A DNA stretch of 64,000 nt from an uncultured Chloroflexota bacterium (lineage in GTDB: Bacteria > Chloroflexota > UBA6077 > CF-72): positions 7,134-71,133 of the forward strand of contig CAYSYM010000005.1 in assembly GCA_964435115.1 (NCBI GenBank), written 5' to 3'. A model generated the notes under the pieces. That model was not told the DNA's origin and made no database searches. It saw only the letters and a list, made by a program, of their open reading frames with translations. The first letter of the stretch is position 1, and each line of letters opens with the position of its first letter. Below are positions 49,877-59,992 of the stretch, in pieces. A program made the position numbers and the translations under genes.

Positions 49877-50641
49877 CTACGGCTCCTGGCCGTGCACGCG
49901 CGTGGCCGCCCGGTCTGTGGCCGTGAAGCACTCGCGCACGTAGGCCGCCGCGCGCTCGGCCGTCTGCTCCACCATCGCCGTCGCCCGCTCGGCGGTGGCC
50001 CCGCGCAGCGTGCCGTACCAGCCAGTGGGCGTAATCTCGCGGATGTCCAGGACGATCGGGTACGCGGCGCGACGGCGGCGCAGGGCGTCGAGCTCGGCGG
50101 CCGGCGCCGGCGGGCCCGAGTTGTCCGCGCGCTCGAGGTGGACCAGCTCGGGCCGGTCGGCCAGCACCGCCAGGGCCTCGATCTCCCCGCCGTGCGTCAG
50201 CCCGACCTCCTGGCCGCACAGGTCGTGCGCGACCCACATCGCCTGGACGACGACGAAGCGGACGCGCGGCGCGTGGCGGCCCTGCACGGCCGCGGCGGCC
50301 TGGTTGATCGCTGCCGCGTTCCCCTCGTGCCAGTTCACCAGCACGAACCGTCGCGCCCCGTGCTGGACCAGGCTCTCACACACGTCCTCTACGACCGCCA
50401 CCAGCGTCGAGGGCCGGAGTGAGAGCGTGCCGGCGAATGGCAGGTGGATGGGCGTGACGCCCAGCGGGCCGACGGGCGCCACCAGGGCATCGAGGTGCTC
50501 GGCCAGGCGCCGGGCAACCGACTCGGCTGCGTAGCTGTCCGTGCCGCAGGGCAGGTGCGGGCCGTGCTGCTCCACGCTGCCCAGCGGCAGCACCACCGTG
50601 CCCGAGCGCTGCAACAGGCGCGCGGCGTCCGGCTGCGTCAA
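49877..50641 (-). CDS. creatininase-family amidohydrolase (paralog 1)
   Basis: …LPLGSVEQHGPHLPCGTD…VLVNWHEGN… is the creatininase/MftE-family signature. Confidence 0.8.
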   Translation of the reverse strand: MTQPDAARLLQRSGTVVLPLGSVEQHGPHLPCGTDSYAAESVARRLAEHLDALVAPVGPLGVTPIHLPFAGTLSLRPSTLVAVVEDVCESLVQHGARRFVLVNWHEGNAAAINQAAAAVQGRHAPRVRFVVVQAMWVAHDLCGQEVGLTHGGEIEALAVLADRPELVHLERADNSGPPAPAAELDALRRRRAAYPIVLDIREITPTGWYGTLRGATAERATAMVEQTAERAAAYVRECFTATDRAATRVHGQEP

Positions 50642-50681
50642 CTCCTGCAGGACGCGGGTCGCCAGCGTCGGTTCCTCCAGC

Positions 50682-51419
50682 CTACGGAGTGGCGCCTCTG
50701 GCGCCGGCCGGGCGCCGCAGCACCCGCAGGCGCCGCAGACCGGTCCCGCTGCGAGTGGATTGCTCGAGCTGCTCGGCCAGCGCCGCCCGCACGCGACCCA
50801 CGTGGGCGCGTGCGGCCGCCTCGGCTGCCTCAGGATCGCGGGCGCGGAGCGCGGCGAGGATCACCTCGTGCTCCTGGAGCGCCAGGCGGGCGCGCTCCTG
50901 GTGCAGGAACGTGCCCGGCAGCAGGAGCTGGGCGGACATGCGGCCGACCGGCATGGCCCGCTCGAGCGCCGGGCTATGGGCGGCGCGCAGGATGCGTACG
51001 TGGAACTCGGTGTTGTCGAGCAGCCAGCCGCCCGGGTTCCAGCGCTCGACGTGCTCCCAGCCGCGTCGGCAGACTGCCTGGATCCTGGCCAGCTCGCCCG
51101 GGGCCAGGCGCATGGCCGCCAGGCGTGCCGCCAGCCCGTCCAGCACCTCGCGCACGTCGTAGTCGTCCAGCAGCGCCTCCGCGGAGAGCTCGGTGACGGC
51201 CCAGCCGCGTCCGCCGAGCGCCGTCACCAGCCCTTGCTGCTCGAGCCAACGCAGGGCCTCGCGCAGTGGCGTGCGGCTGATGCCCAGCTCCTCAGCCAGC
51301 CGCTCCTGGACCAGACGTGTACCCGGGCGCAAGCGGCCGCTGACGATGGCCTCGCGGAGGACGTCGGCCGCCTCGTCGACGAGCGGCCCGGCCGGGTCGG
51401 CGGGACGGGCTGGATGCAT
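50682..51419 (-). CDS. GntR-family transcriptional regulator (FadR/FCD C-terminal domain)
   Basis: HTH …GTRLVQERLAEELGISRTPLREALRWLEQQGLV… plus an FCD domain. ATG at 51419 (MHPARP…). The ORF-track start at 51611 is an upstream extension. Confidence 0.8.
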   Translation of the reverse strand: MHPARPADPAGPLVDEAADVLREAIVSGRLRPGTRLVQERLAEELGISRTPLREALRWLEQQGLVTALGGRGWAVTELSAEALLDDYDVREVLDGLAARLAAMRLAPGELARIQAVCRRGWEHVERWNPGGWLLDNTEFHVRILRAAHSPALERAMPVGRMSAQLLLPGTFLHQERARLALQEHEVILAALRARDPEAAEAAARAHVGRVRAALAEQLEQSTRSGTGLRRLRVLRRPAGARGATP

Positions 51420-51486
51420 GTTTGGATCCAGAGTACTCGCGCGGTGGGCGGGGCGCAAGCAGCCGGCCGCGTGCCCGGGTGGCGGA

Positions 51487-53226
51487 TCAATAGCCGGCGG
51501 TGCCCGCCGGGATGGCCGCCGGATCCCGCGTGGCCAGCGCCGCGCGCTGGCCGAACATCGGGGATTGCCAGGCGTCGACCTGCACGTCCAGCAGCGCCGG
51601 TCCTGGCCCACCCAGCGCTTCCGCCAGTGCCTCGGCCAGGTCCGCCGGGTCCTCCACGCGCCGCGCCCGGAGACCGTAGCCCCGGGCGACCGCGGCGAAG
51701 TCCACGTCCTGGAAATCCTCCCCTTCGTACCCGCGTTGGAAGGTGATCCGCCGGTACCAGCGGATGTAGCCGAGCGAGCTGTTGTTCAGGACGATCGTGA
51801 CGATCTTCAGGCCGTGCTGAACCACGCTCGCCAGCTCGCCGATGGCGTACGACAGGCCGCCATCGCCCGCCAGGTTGACCACCGTCGCCTGGGGCCGTGC
51901 CACGGCGGCGCCGATGGCGGCCGGCAGCCCGAAGCCGAGCCCGGCCGAGCCGCGCGGGGTGACGACCTGGCGGCCAGCCGCGGGCTGCTCGTAGTACAGC
52001 CCGCCCCAGCCGCTGGCGTAGCTCGCGTCGCACACCAGCACGTCCTGCCGCCCCAGCAACCGCTCGAGCTCCGCGACCACCCGCTGGGGTAGGATCGGCC
52101 GGGCGCTGGACGAGCGCTCGCGCTCGCGCGCCTCTCGCCAGGCGGCCGTCAGTTGGTCCAGGCGCGCGGACCAGGCGGCGTGGGATGGCTCACCTGGCAC
52201 GGGATCCCCGAGCGCCTTGAGGATCGCCTCGAGCGCCAGCGCCGCGTCGCCCAGGACCGGCACCGTCTGTGGGAAGACCTTGCCCAGCTCCACGGGATCC
52301 ACGTCCACGTGGACCACCTGCTGATTGGCACGCGGTAGCGTCCACCCCAGGGTGGGGTTCTGGCCGGACTTGGTGCCCACCAGCAGCACGACGTCAGCCT
52401 CGGCGAAGGCTGTCGCGGCAGCGGGCGTGCCGATGCGCCCCACCACGCCGACGCTCAGCGGGTGCCCCTCGGCGATGGCGCCCTTACCCGACAGGCTGGT
52501 GGCGACCGCGGCGCCCACCCGTTCGGCCAGGCGACGCACCTGCTCGCCGGCCCCCGAGATCAGCACGCCACCTCCGGCGAGGAGGAACGGGCGCGCGGCT
52601 CCACGCAGCACGGCGGCTGCGCTGGCAATCGCCTCCGGCGCAGGCGCCTGGCGGAGCGCTGGGTACTGGCCGAACTCGGCCCGGGCGGCGACCGGCCCGG
52701 CCTCCCAGGCCTGGTCGAACACGTCGTGCGGGATGAACAGCGCGACCGGGCCGGGGCGGCCGGTGCTAGCCTCGCGGAAGGCGCTGCGCACAAGGTCCGG
52801 CAGGGCCTGCTGGCTGGGCACCTCCGCCTGCCACTTTGTGACGGGCCGCAGCAGCGCGCACTGCTCCAGGCCCTGCTGGGCAGCGCCGCGGTAGCGCAGA
52901 CCTCTGGCGCTGACCGCGCTCGGCAGATCACTCACCACCGCCAGGACTGGGATCGACGCGTTGTACGCCTCACTCAGGCCCGGCGGCAGCAGCGCGGCAC
53001 CGGGGCCAACCGTGGCGTCGCACACGCCGACCCGGCCGGTGAGGCGGGCGTACGCGTCGGCGGCCCAGGCGCCACTCCGCTCGTCGCGCAGCAGCACGTG
53101 CCGCAGGCGCGACGCGCGGTCCAGGAGCGCGTCGTACAGCGCCGCCGTCTGTCCGCCGGGCACGCCGAAGATGTGCTGGACGCCGTGCGCCAGCAGCAGC
53201 TCGGCAAGGAGCGCGCCAGTGTGCAT
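51487..53226 (-). CDS. thiamine-pyrophosphate-dependent enzyme (acetolactate synthase large-subunit / sulfoacetaldehyde acetyltransferase family)
   Basis: Three-domain TPP enzyme with the GDG…NN TPP-binding motif (…NLAGDGGLSYAIGELASVVQHGLKIVTIVLNNSSLGYI…). Confidence 0.85.
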   Translation of the reverse strand: MHTGALLAELLLAHGVQHIFGVPGGQTAALYDALLDRASRLRHVLLRDERSGAWAADAYARLTGRVGVCDATVGPGAALLPPGLSEAYNASIPVLAVVSDLPSAVSARGLRYRGAAQQGLEQCALLRPVTKWQAEVPSQQALPDLVRSAFREASTGRPGPVALFIPHDVFDQAWEAGPVAARAEFGQYPALRQAPAPEAIASAAAVLRGAARPFLLAGGGVLISGAGEQVRRLAERVGAAVATSLSGKGAIAEGHPLSVGVVGRIGTPAAATAFAEADVVLLVGTKSGQNPTLGWTLPRANQQVVHVDVDPVELGKVFPQTVPVLGDAALALEAILKALGDPVPGEPSHAAWSARLDQLTAAWREARERERSSSARPILPQRVVAELERLLGRQDVLVCDASYASGWGGLYYEQPAAGRQVVTPRGSAGLGFGLPAAIGAAVARPQATVVNLAGDGGLSYAIGELASVVQHGLKIVTIVLNNSSLGYIRWYRRITFQRGYEGEDFQDVDFAAVARGYGLRARRVEDPADLAEALAEALGGPGPALLDVQVDAWQSPMFGQRAALATRDPAAIPAGTAGY

Positions 53227-53388
53227 TCAGCCGTCCCTCTGGCTCGGGTCCCTCACCTCACCCGAGCCGCATCCCCCCGCGGCGCGGCAACATGCGTTGA
53301 CATCCCCGGAGCACGGCACCTATCGTACTCGCAGTCCGCCCAGAGCGGTGCGCCTGCACCCGGGCCGGTCTTTGGGGGGCCGCACAAC

Positions 53389-54228
53389 ATGCCCGATCCC
53401 TCGCGCCCGCGCTCCTACAGCCTGGCCGAGCTGTCCCAGCCAGAGGCTGAGCGCCTCTTCCGGGAGACGCGCCTGGCCATCCTGCCTGTCGGCAGCGTCG
53501 AGCAGCACGGGCCGCACCTGCCACTGGGCACGGATGCTTTCGCTGCGCTGGCGGTGGCGCAGCGCGTCGCCAGCCGCCTGAACGCGCCGATCCTGCCCGG
53601 GCCGATGGTGGGCATCGCGCCGTACCACCTGCCCTGGATCGGGACGCTGACGCTCCGGCCCGCCACGCTGGTCAACGTGCTGGTGGACCTGTGTGCCTCG
53701 CTGGCCGCCGCGGGGGTCGAGCGTGTGCTGGTGATCAACTGGCACGAGGGCAACACGCCGACGGTGCGCCAGGCCAGCCAGGAGATCCAGGCGCAGTACG
53801 GCCTGCGGGTGGTGGTGGCCGAGGCGCACATCATCACGAACCAGCTGTTCCCGGACGAGATGGAGTTCACCCACTGCGGCTCGATGGAGACGGCGGCCGT
53901 GCTGGCGTACGATCCGGCGCTGGTGAACCAGGCGCGCGCTCAGGAAGGCGCAACCGAATTGGAGCGCGGCCTCCGCGGGCACGCCCTGTTCCGCCGCCGC
54001 GACGTGTTCCCGATCATGCGCGACTTTCGCGAGGTCGCCCCCACCGGGTGGTACGGCCACCCGGAGCAGGCGACCCTTGGGCGCGCCCGCGAGATTTTCG
54101 ACCGGGTGGCAGACTACGTTGTCACGCAACTGGCCGAGGTGTCCGAGGAGCTGCGGGCGCTGCAGCCAGACGCCGGCACCGGCCGCGTGTCGCCAGCGAC
54201 CGCGACGGGCGCCGGCGTGGGAGGGTAG
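53389..54228 (+). CDS. creatininase-family amidohydrolase (paralog 2)
   Basis: …LPVGSVEQHGPHLPLGTD…VLVINWHEGN… ATG at 53389. The ORF-track start at 52462 is an upstream extension. Confidence 0.8.
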   Translation: MPDPSRPRSYSLAELSQPEAERLFRETRLAILPVGSVEQHGPHLPLGTDAFAALAVAQRVASRLNAPILPGPMVGIAPYHLPWIGTLTLRPATLVNVLVDLCASLAAAGVERVLVINWHEGNTPTVRQASQEIQAQYGLRVVVAEAHIITNQLFPDEMEFTHCGSMETAAVLAYDPALVNQARAQEGATELERGLRGHALFRRRDVFPIMRDFREVAPTGWYGHPEQATLGRAREIFDRVADYVVTQLAEVSEELRALQPDAGTGRVSPATATGAGVGG

Positions 54229-54306
54229 GTCGCGGTGCTCGGCGTGGAGTCGGCATCGGGCGTCACGGTGGCCGGGCAGCGGAGCGCACCGGGCATCCCG
54301 GCCACG

Positions 54307-55353
54307 ATGCGCGCGGCCGTGCTGCACGCCCCGGAGGACCTGCGGGTCGAGGAGGTTCCGGTGCCGCTGCCCGGGCCTGGCGAGGTGCTGTGCCGGGTGC
54401 GTGCGTGTGGGCTGTGCGGAACCGATCAGAAGATCATCGAGGGGCGCTACCCCGGCGTCTGGCCGCCTGCCTTCCCCTTCATCATTGGCCACGAGTGGGG
54501 CGGCGAAGTCGTGGCGCTCGGCTCTGGGGTCGAGACCTTGAAAGTGGGCGACCGAGTGGCCGCCGAGAACCACGCCGGCTGCGGCCAGTGCCGGATGTGT
54601 CGCACGGGGATGTACAACCTGTGCGAGCGAGCCGGGCGGCGCGACCCGAGCTACAAGCTGTTCGGCCACACCGCGCCCGGGGCGCTGGCGGAGTACGCGG
54701 TGCGCCCGTCCCTGCTGCTCACCCCCCTGCCGGAGATGGTGAGCGACTTGGAAGGCGCGCTGGTGAACCCGGCGGCCCTGGCGCTGCACGGCCTGCGGCG
54801 GACTGGCTTCCACCCGGGCTGCAGCGTGGCCGTCTTCGGGCCAGGGGTGATCGGCCTGCTGACGGTCATGCTGGCGAAGGCCTCCGGCGCCGCGCAGGTC
54901 ATCACCATCGGCCGCGGCGACCGGCTGCGGCTGGCGCAGGAGCTTGGCAGCACTCACGGGGTGGAGTACGACGCGGGCGATCCCGTGCGGGCGGTGAGGG
55001 AGCTGACCGGTGGCCGGGGCGTGGATTACGTCTACGAGTGCTCGGGCAGCCCGGACGCCGTCTCTCAGGCGATCGACGTCGCGCGACGGGGTGGCAAGGT
55101 GGCGCTGCTGGGCCTCACCGGCAATAGGAGCGTCGAGCTGAAGATCGACAAACTGACACTGGACCAGGTCGACGTGCTCGGGGTGCGCAGCAGCCCCAAC
55201 ATGTACCCGGATGTGATCGCGCTGATCGCCTCGGGAGCGGTGCGACCCGAGCGCCTGGCTAGCCACCGCTACCCGCTGGAGCAGGTAGCCGAGGGCGTGG
55301 AGGCGCTCCGATCGCGCTCGTCCAGGGCTGTCCGCGTCATCGTGCAGCCCTGA
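54307..55353 (+). CDS. zinc-dependent medium-chain alcohol/polyol dehydrogenase (sorbitol/threonine-DH-like)
   Basis: …CGLCGTDQKIIEG…GHEWGGEVVALG…CGQCRMCRTG… are structural and catalytic Zn motifs. ATG 54307 (MRAAVLH…). Confidence 0.85.
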   Translation: MRAAVLHAPEDLRVEEVPVPLPGPGEVLCRVRACGLCGTDQKIIEGRYPGVWPPAFPFIIGHEWGGEVVALGSGVETLKVGDRVAAENHAGCGQCRMCRTGMYNLCERAGRRDPSYKLFGHTAPGALAEYAVRPSLLLTPLPEMVSDLEGALVNPAALALHGLRRTGFHPGCSVAVFGPGVIGLLTVMLAKASGAAQVITIGRGDRLRLAQELGSTHGVEYDAGDPVRAVRELTGGRGVDYVYECSGSPDAVSQAIDVARRGGKVALLGLTGNRSVELKIDKLTLDQVDVLGVRSSPNMYPDVIALIASGAVRPERLASHRYPLEQVAEGVEALRSRSSRAVRVIVQP

Positions 55354-56410
55354 GTCGCTGCGCCTCCACGCGACGCACGAGGATCTCCGTGACCTGCGAG
55401 GTGGACGCGGTCCCGCCCAGGTCCGGCGTGAGCGGCTGGTCGCCATCGAGGTAGTCCGCCACGGCCGCGCGGAGGGCGCCGCCTTCCGCGGCGTACCCGA
55501 GGTGCTCCAGCATGAGCGCGCTCGACAGGACGAGCGCGAGTGGGTTCGCCAGGTTGCGCCCGGCGATGTCCGGCGCCGCGCCATGGCCCGCCTCGAACAA
55601 CGCCGCGTTGGGACCTACATTCGCCCCGGCGATCAGGCCCAGGCTGCCGACCAGTCCGGCCGCCAGGTCCGCGAAGATGTCGCCGTACTGGTTGGAGCAC
55701 AGGACCACGTCGAACCGCTCGGGTGCGCGCACCAGGAGGTAGAACGCCGTGTCGACCAGCACGTCGTCAAGCTGGATGTCCGGGTACTCCGCGGCCACCT
55801 CCCGCGCCGTCTGCAGAAACAGCCCGTCGGTCAGGTTGAGGACCGTGGCCTTGTGCAGCACTGTCACCCGCCGGCGGCCGGTCCGACGGGCGTGCTCAAG
55901 GGCGAAGCGAGCGATGCGCTCGGACGCCGCCCGCGTCACCAGCTTGATGGCCTCCGTGTGGCCGGGCGCAACTTGCTGCTCCAGCCCCGCGTAGACATCC
56001 TCCGTGACCTCGCGCACGATCACCAGGTCCATCCCCGCGTAGGCGCCACTGACCCGGCGATAGCCACGCACCGGCCGTAGCTGCCCGAAGCAGCCCAGCT
56101 CGCGCCGCAGCGCCGCGTTGATGCTGGGGTAGGTGCGCATCCGCCCGTCCGTGCCCCGGAGCGACAGCTCCCCCTGGAGCGTCTCGACCTGCAGGGGACC
56201 CTTGAGGCAGGCCCCCTGGCGTGAGACGGCGGCGACGAACCCGGGCGGCACGGGCTGGCCGAAGCGCTCTACCGCCGCCGTCCCCACGGGCCACTCCACC
56301 CACTGGACCGGCAAGCCCGTCGCCGCCACGACCGCACACGCGGCCTCGCTCACCTCGGGGCCGATTCCGTGGCCCCGGATGAGGCTGAGCTCCAGGCGCG
56401 AGCTACTCAC
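55337..56410 (-). CDS. isocitrate/isopropylmalate/tartrate dehydrogenase-family NAD-dependent oxidative decarboxylase
   Basis: …IRGHGIGPEV… N-terminus and …NQYGDIFADLAAGLVGSLGL… motif of the ICDH/IPMDH family. Confidence 0.8.
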   Translation of the reverse strand: MSSSRLELSLIRGHGIGPEVSEAACAVVAATGLPVQWVEWPVGTAAVERFGQPVPPGFVAAVSRQGACLKGPLQVETLQGELSLRGTDGRMRTYPSINAALRRELGCFGQLRPVRGYRRVSGAYAGMDLVIVREVTEDVYAGLEQQVAPGHTEAIKLVTRAASERIARFALEHARRTGRRRVTVLHKATVLNLTDGLFLQTAREVAAEYPDIQLDDVLVDTAFYLLVRAPERFDVVLCSNQYGDIFADLAAGLVGSLGLIAGANVGPNAALFEAGHGAAPDIAGRNLANPLALVLSSALMLEHLGYAAEGGALRAAVADYLDGDQPLTPDLGGTASTSQVTEILVRRVEAQRLRAAR

Positions 56411-56532
56411 GTGCGCAGCCGGGTGGGGGCCGGCGCACCCCGCCTGGGCAGCGACGCACGGCCTGCCTCGGCGTCGCCACTTCCCACCCCGGCATTCGGC
56501 CCCAGCCCGCCGCTTGCAGGTCGACCATGGCG

Positions 56533-56685
56533 GTAGTACTGTATCCGAACATGCATCCAGCCCATCCCGCTGAGCCGGCCGGGCCGCTCGTCGACGAGGC
56601 GGCCGACGTCCTCCGCGCGGCCATCGTCAGCGGCCGCTCGCGGTCCGGCACACGTCTGGTCCAGGAGCCGCTGGCCGATCCCTGA
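56533..56685 (+). pseudogene. duplicated 5' fragment of the GntR regulator gene (about 145 bp including upstream DNA), with the fragment ORF running ATG 56551 to TGA 56685
   Basis: MHPAHPAEPAGPLVDEAADVLRAAIVSGRSRSGTRLVQEPLADP* is a near copy of the first 40 aa of the GntR at 51419 (MHPARPADPAGPLVDEAADVLREAIVSGRLRPGTRLVQERLAE…). The upstream AGTACT…ATCC…AAC ATGCAT context is shared. Confidence 0.5.
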
Positions 56686-56701
56686 GCGGCTGCCGAAGGG
56701 G

Positions 56702-57670
56702 GTGAGGGTGGCACTTCGCGGGCTCCGGGGGATTGTGGGCACCCCAGTGACGCCTTTCACGGCGGAGAACCGCCTTGACCATGCAGGGGTGGAGCGATTG
56801 GTCACCTTCCTGATCGGGAGCGGCGTCCACGCGCTGGCGCTGCCGATGCACACTGGTGAGTCGCTCAACCTGTCGCTGGAGGAGCGCAAGGAGCTGGCCG
56901 AGGTCGCTCTAGCGGCGACGGCGGGACGGGTGCCGGTGCTCATCCACGTCAGTTGTCCCGGGACAGACCAGGTCATCGAGCTGGCGTGCCACGCCGAGCG
57001 GGCTGGCGCGGCCGGGGTCGTGGTCGTGACGCCCTACCACTGGCAGCCCTCCGAGGAAGAGTTATTCGAGCACTTCCTGCGCGTGGGGTCGGCCATCGAG
57101 GTCGGCCTGGTGGCCTATAACTTCCCGAAGAAGCTGGGCGTCAGCGTGACCCACCGGCTCCTGGCGCGGTTGATTGACCGACTCGACAACTTCATCGGGC
57201 TCAAGGACGCGAGCTACGACACGCAGTACTTCACCGAAGCGTGCCGGCTGGCCTCGGCCCTCCGGCCCGGCTTCGCGGTCTTCTCGGGGATTGAGTTCAT
57301 GCTGCCTGCTATGGCGGTGGGCGGCGCGGGGTCGTTCTCCCCTTGCGGGCTGATCGCCCCAGGGCTCATCCGCGACCTGTACGCGGCGTGCGTCGGCGGC
57401 GACTACGCAACCGCGCGCATGCTGCAGTACCGCTTCTCACGGTTATGGCAGGCGCTGAAGGTGGCGTACCCGAGCAGTATCAAAGCCGGCATGGAGATCA
57501 TGGGACGGCCCGCGGGCCCGCCGCGTGGGCCACTCCTTCCAGTGAGCGAGGCGGCCAGGCGGGAGCTCTGGGACCAGCTCGAAGCGCTGGGCATCCTCGA
57601 AGGAGAGCCGCACGGCTGGATGCTGCCACCAACATCAGGGGAGGTCGTGACTCATGAACCCGTCGCCTAG
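56702..57670 (+). CDS. dihydrodipicolinate-synthase-family (DapA-like) class-I aldolase
   Basis: …GTPVTPF…GSGVHALALPMHTGESLNLSLEERKEL… plus the Schiff-base-lysine region (…GLKDAS…). GTG start. Confidence 0.8.
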   Translation: MRVALRGLRGIVGTPVTPFTAENRLDHAGVERLVTFLIGSGVHALALPMHTGESLNLSLEERKELAEVALAATAGRVPVLIHVSCPGTDQVIELACHAERAGAAGVVVVTPYHWQPSEEELFEHFLRVGSAIEVGLVAYNFPKKLGVSVTHRLLARLIDRLDNFIGLKDASYDTQYFTEACRLASALRPGFAVFSGIEFMLPAMAVGGAGSFSPCGLIAPGLIRDLYAACVGGDYATARMLQYRFSRLWQALKVAYPSSIKAGMEIMGRPAGPPRGPLLPVSEAARRELWDQLEALGILEGEPHGWMLPPTSGEVVTHEPVA

Positions 57671-58823
57671 CCTTGGACGCCGCCGCTTCCTGCTGCTGGC
57701 CGGGATCGGTGCAGCCAGTGGACTGCTGGCGGCGTGCCAGGGGGCCGCTCAAACGCCAGCGCCGACGACGGCCCCGGCGCCGAAGCCGACGTCCGCTCCA
57801 GCGCCGACCGCCCAGCCAACGGCGGCCCAGCCCGCGGCAGCGGCCACCACGACCCCCGCCGTGAGCAAGCCGACGACGCTCGCGCTGCCAAAGCCCGAGC
57901 TGACTTCATGGCCCTACGGTGTCTACTCGCCGGCCTACGTGAACGCCGTGCTGCACACAGTTGCGCTGGAGAACGGCTATCTGACCGACGCTGGCTTCGA
58001 CAAGATCGAGGTCATCGTTGGCGAGCAGTACCTGGCCGGCACGGTTGGCGGCGGGCTGCTGCTGGCCTTCGGCGAGACGGACCCGATCTTTGCCGCGAGC
58101 GCCAAGGGTGAGCCACTCACCTACCTCGGCCCGTACCGCGACAAGGAGGAGCGCAACCTGGGCGTCCGCAAGGGCATCGAGACTCCGGCGGACCTGAAGG
58201 GTGCCAAGCTCAGCGGCGGCGCGGTCAACAGCCGCAACACGTTCAACATGAAGGCGCTGGTCAAGAAGGCTGGCCTGGATCCCGAGAAGGACGTCGAATG
58301 GATCTCACTCACTGGGTCGGACGCCACGCTGCAGGCGATCGTGGCGGGCCAGCTCGATGGGGGCTCGCTCTTCCCACGCCACAAGAAGCCGCTTGAAGAC
58401 GCCGGCGGGAAGTTCCTGCTCAGCGAGCGCTCCGCCGTCCCACAGGATGGGTTCTTCGTCCGGACCGACACCGTCAACAAGTACCCCAACCTGATCGTGA
58501 GCTACCTCGCCGCCATCACCCGGGCGCGGCAGTTCGCCCTCGAAGACCCGGCGACGGTGCTGAAGAACAAGGACGCGGTCCTGGCGATGATGGAGAAGAA
58601 CGGCTTCAAGATCCCCGATAACTACAAGCTGGCGTACGAGGCGGACATGGCCCTGCTAAGCGCGGACGGTGGCTTCACCCCGGAGTCCATGGACCAGCTC
58701 GTCCAGGAGAGCAAAGACCAGGGCAACATCCCGAAGGACCTCGACTGGCGCAAGGTCGTGAACGTCTCGCTGCTCAACAAGGCGCAGGTGGCGGTGGGGC
58801 TCCCGGCCAACCCGAAGCTGTAG
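57654..58823 (+). CDS. ABC transporter substrate-binding lipoprotein (NitT/TauT / NMT1-SsuA-like)
   Basis: RRRFLLLAGIGAASGLLAAC is a Tat/lipobox signal, followed by a Pro/Ala/Thr linker and an NMT1/SsuA-like domain. Confidence 0.75.
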   Translation: MNPSPSLGRRRFLLLAGIGAASGLLAACQGAAQTPAPTTAPAPKPTSAPAPTAQPTAAQPAAAATTTPAVSKPTTLALPKPELTSWPYGVYSPAYVNAVLHTVALENGYLTDAGFDKIEVIVGEQYLAGTVGGGLLLAFGETDPIFAASAKGEPLTYLGPYRDKEERNLGVRKGIETPADLKGAKLSGGAVNSRNTFNMKALVKKAGLDPEKDVEWISLTGSDATLQAIVAGQLDGGSLFPRHKKPLEDAGGKFLLSERSAVPQDGFFVRTDTVNKYPNLIVSYLAAITRARQFALEDPATVLKNKDAVLAMMEKNGFKIPDNYKLAYEADMALLSADGGFTPESMDQLVQESKDQGNIPKDLDWRKVVNVSLLNKAQVAVGLPANPKL

Positions 58824-59035
58824 TCTGCCCGCCGGACAGACCGAGCGGCCGCAAACGACCGAGGGACTGCGGCGGCGGAGGCACGGGTTTCGGGCCTCCG
58901 CTCGCCGTGCACGCAGCAGGGGAGGACAGTGTGCGGGGACAGCCCCGGCCGCGGAGGCCCCCGGCGAGGCAGGCCAGCGGCTCGCCGTACGGGTGAGCGA
59001 AGCGGAATGAGCGGCCTGCGTGAGTACCAGGTGCG

Positions 59036-59899
59036 CTAGACCCGGACCTCCTCGCGCCACGGAGCGATGCGGCGCTCCAATGTGCCCATCACGTACACCG
59101 CTCCGACCGAGAAGGCGACGAGGGCCGCCAGCATTGCGAACATCGTCGCGGGGTCCATCTGCTGCCCAGCGCGTTCAATGACGTAGCCCACGCCCTTGCT
59201 GCTGCCGAAGAACTCGCTCACCAGGAGCCCGATCAGTGCGCGGCCGATGCCCTGGCGAATGCCCGTCATGATGAACGGTACCGTGAACGGTAGCACGACC
59301 CGGGTGTAGAGCTGGCGCTTCGAGGCGCCAAACACCCGTGCGGCTTTCAAGAGCGACTGGTCCACGGTCTTCACGCCGTCCATGGAGCTGACGAGGATCG
59401 GCATGATCCCGCTCAGAAAGATGATGACGATCTTGGCCTGCTGGCTGAAGCCGAGCCACAAGATGAACAGGGGCACCAGGGCGATGCGGGGGGTGGCATA
59501 CAGGGCCCAGACGTACGGGCCCAGCAGCGTGCTCACCCACCTCGACGCACCCATCAGCAGGCCCAGAGGGATCCCGACCGCGATCGACAACGCGAAGCCA
59601 ACCGCGAAGTTGACCAGGCTGTACTCGACGTTGCTCCAGAGCTGGCCGCTCTGGGCCAGGTCCACAGTGGCCAGCACCATGTCCGTCGGCAGCGGAAGGA
59701 ACAGCCGCGGGACGAAGCCGCTGGCGACCGCGAACTGCCACAAGGCCAGGAACGTCCCCACGTTCACGATCGTGACCAGCGTCGAGCCGAAGCGCCGCCA
59801 GGCCGCCACGGCAAACGGCTGCGGCGGGGCCACTCGTTCGCGCGCGACGCCGGGTAGCTCCCCGGCCGAAACCCCTCCTGCACTCCCGACTGTCGCCAT
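59036..59899 (-). CDS. ABC transporter permease (NitT/TauT family, BPD inner-membrane component)
   Basis: The EAA-like loop (…AARVFGASKRQLYTRVVLPFTVPFIMTGIRQG…) is typical of nitrate/sulfonate/taurine-type permeases. Confidence 0.8.
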   Translation of the reverse strand: MATVGSAGGVSAGELPGVARERVAPPQPFAVAAWRRFGSTLVTIVNVGTFLALWQFAVASGFVPRLFLPLPTDMVLATVDLAQSGQLWSNVEYSLVNFAVGFALSIAVGIPLGLLMGASRWVSTLLGPYVWALYATPRIALVPLFILWLGFSQQAKIVIIFLSGIMPILVSSMDGVKTVDQSLLKAARVFGASKRQLYTRVVLPFTVPFIMTGIRQGIGRALIGLLVSEFFGSSKGVGYVIERAGQQMDPATMFAMLAALVAFSVGAVYVMGTLERRIAPWREEVRV

Positions 59900-59992
59900 C
59901 GGTTCCCGACCGCCCCCTCAGTTGACCTGGCCCATTATCTCGGAGCGCGCCTCGCAGTGCACGCGAAGAGCCCGGCCGCACCCAACCATGAG

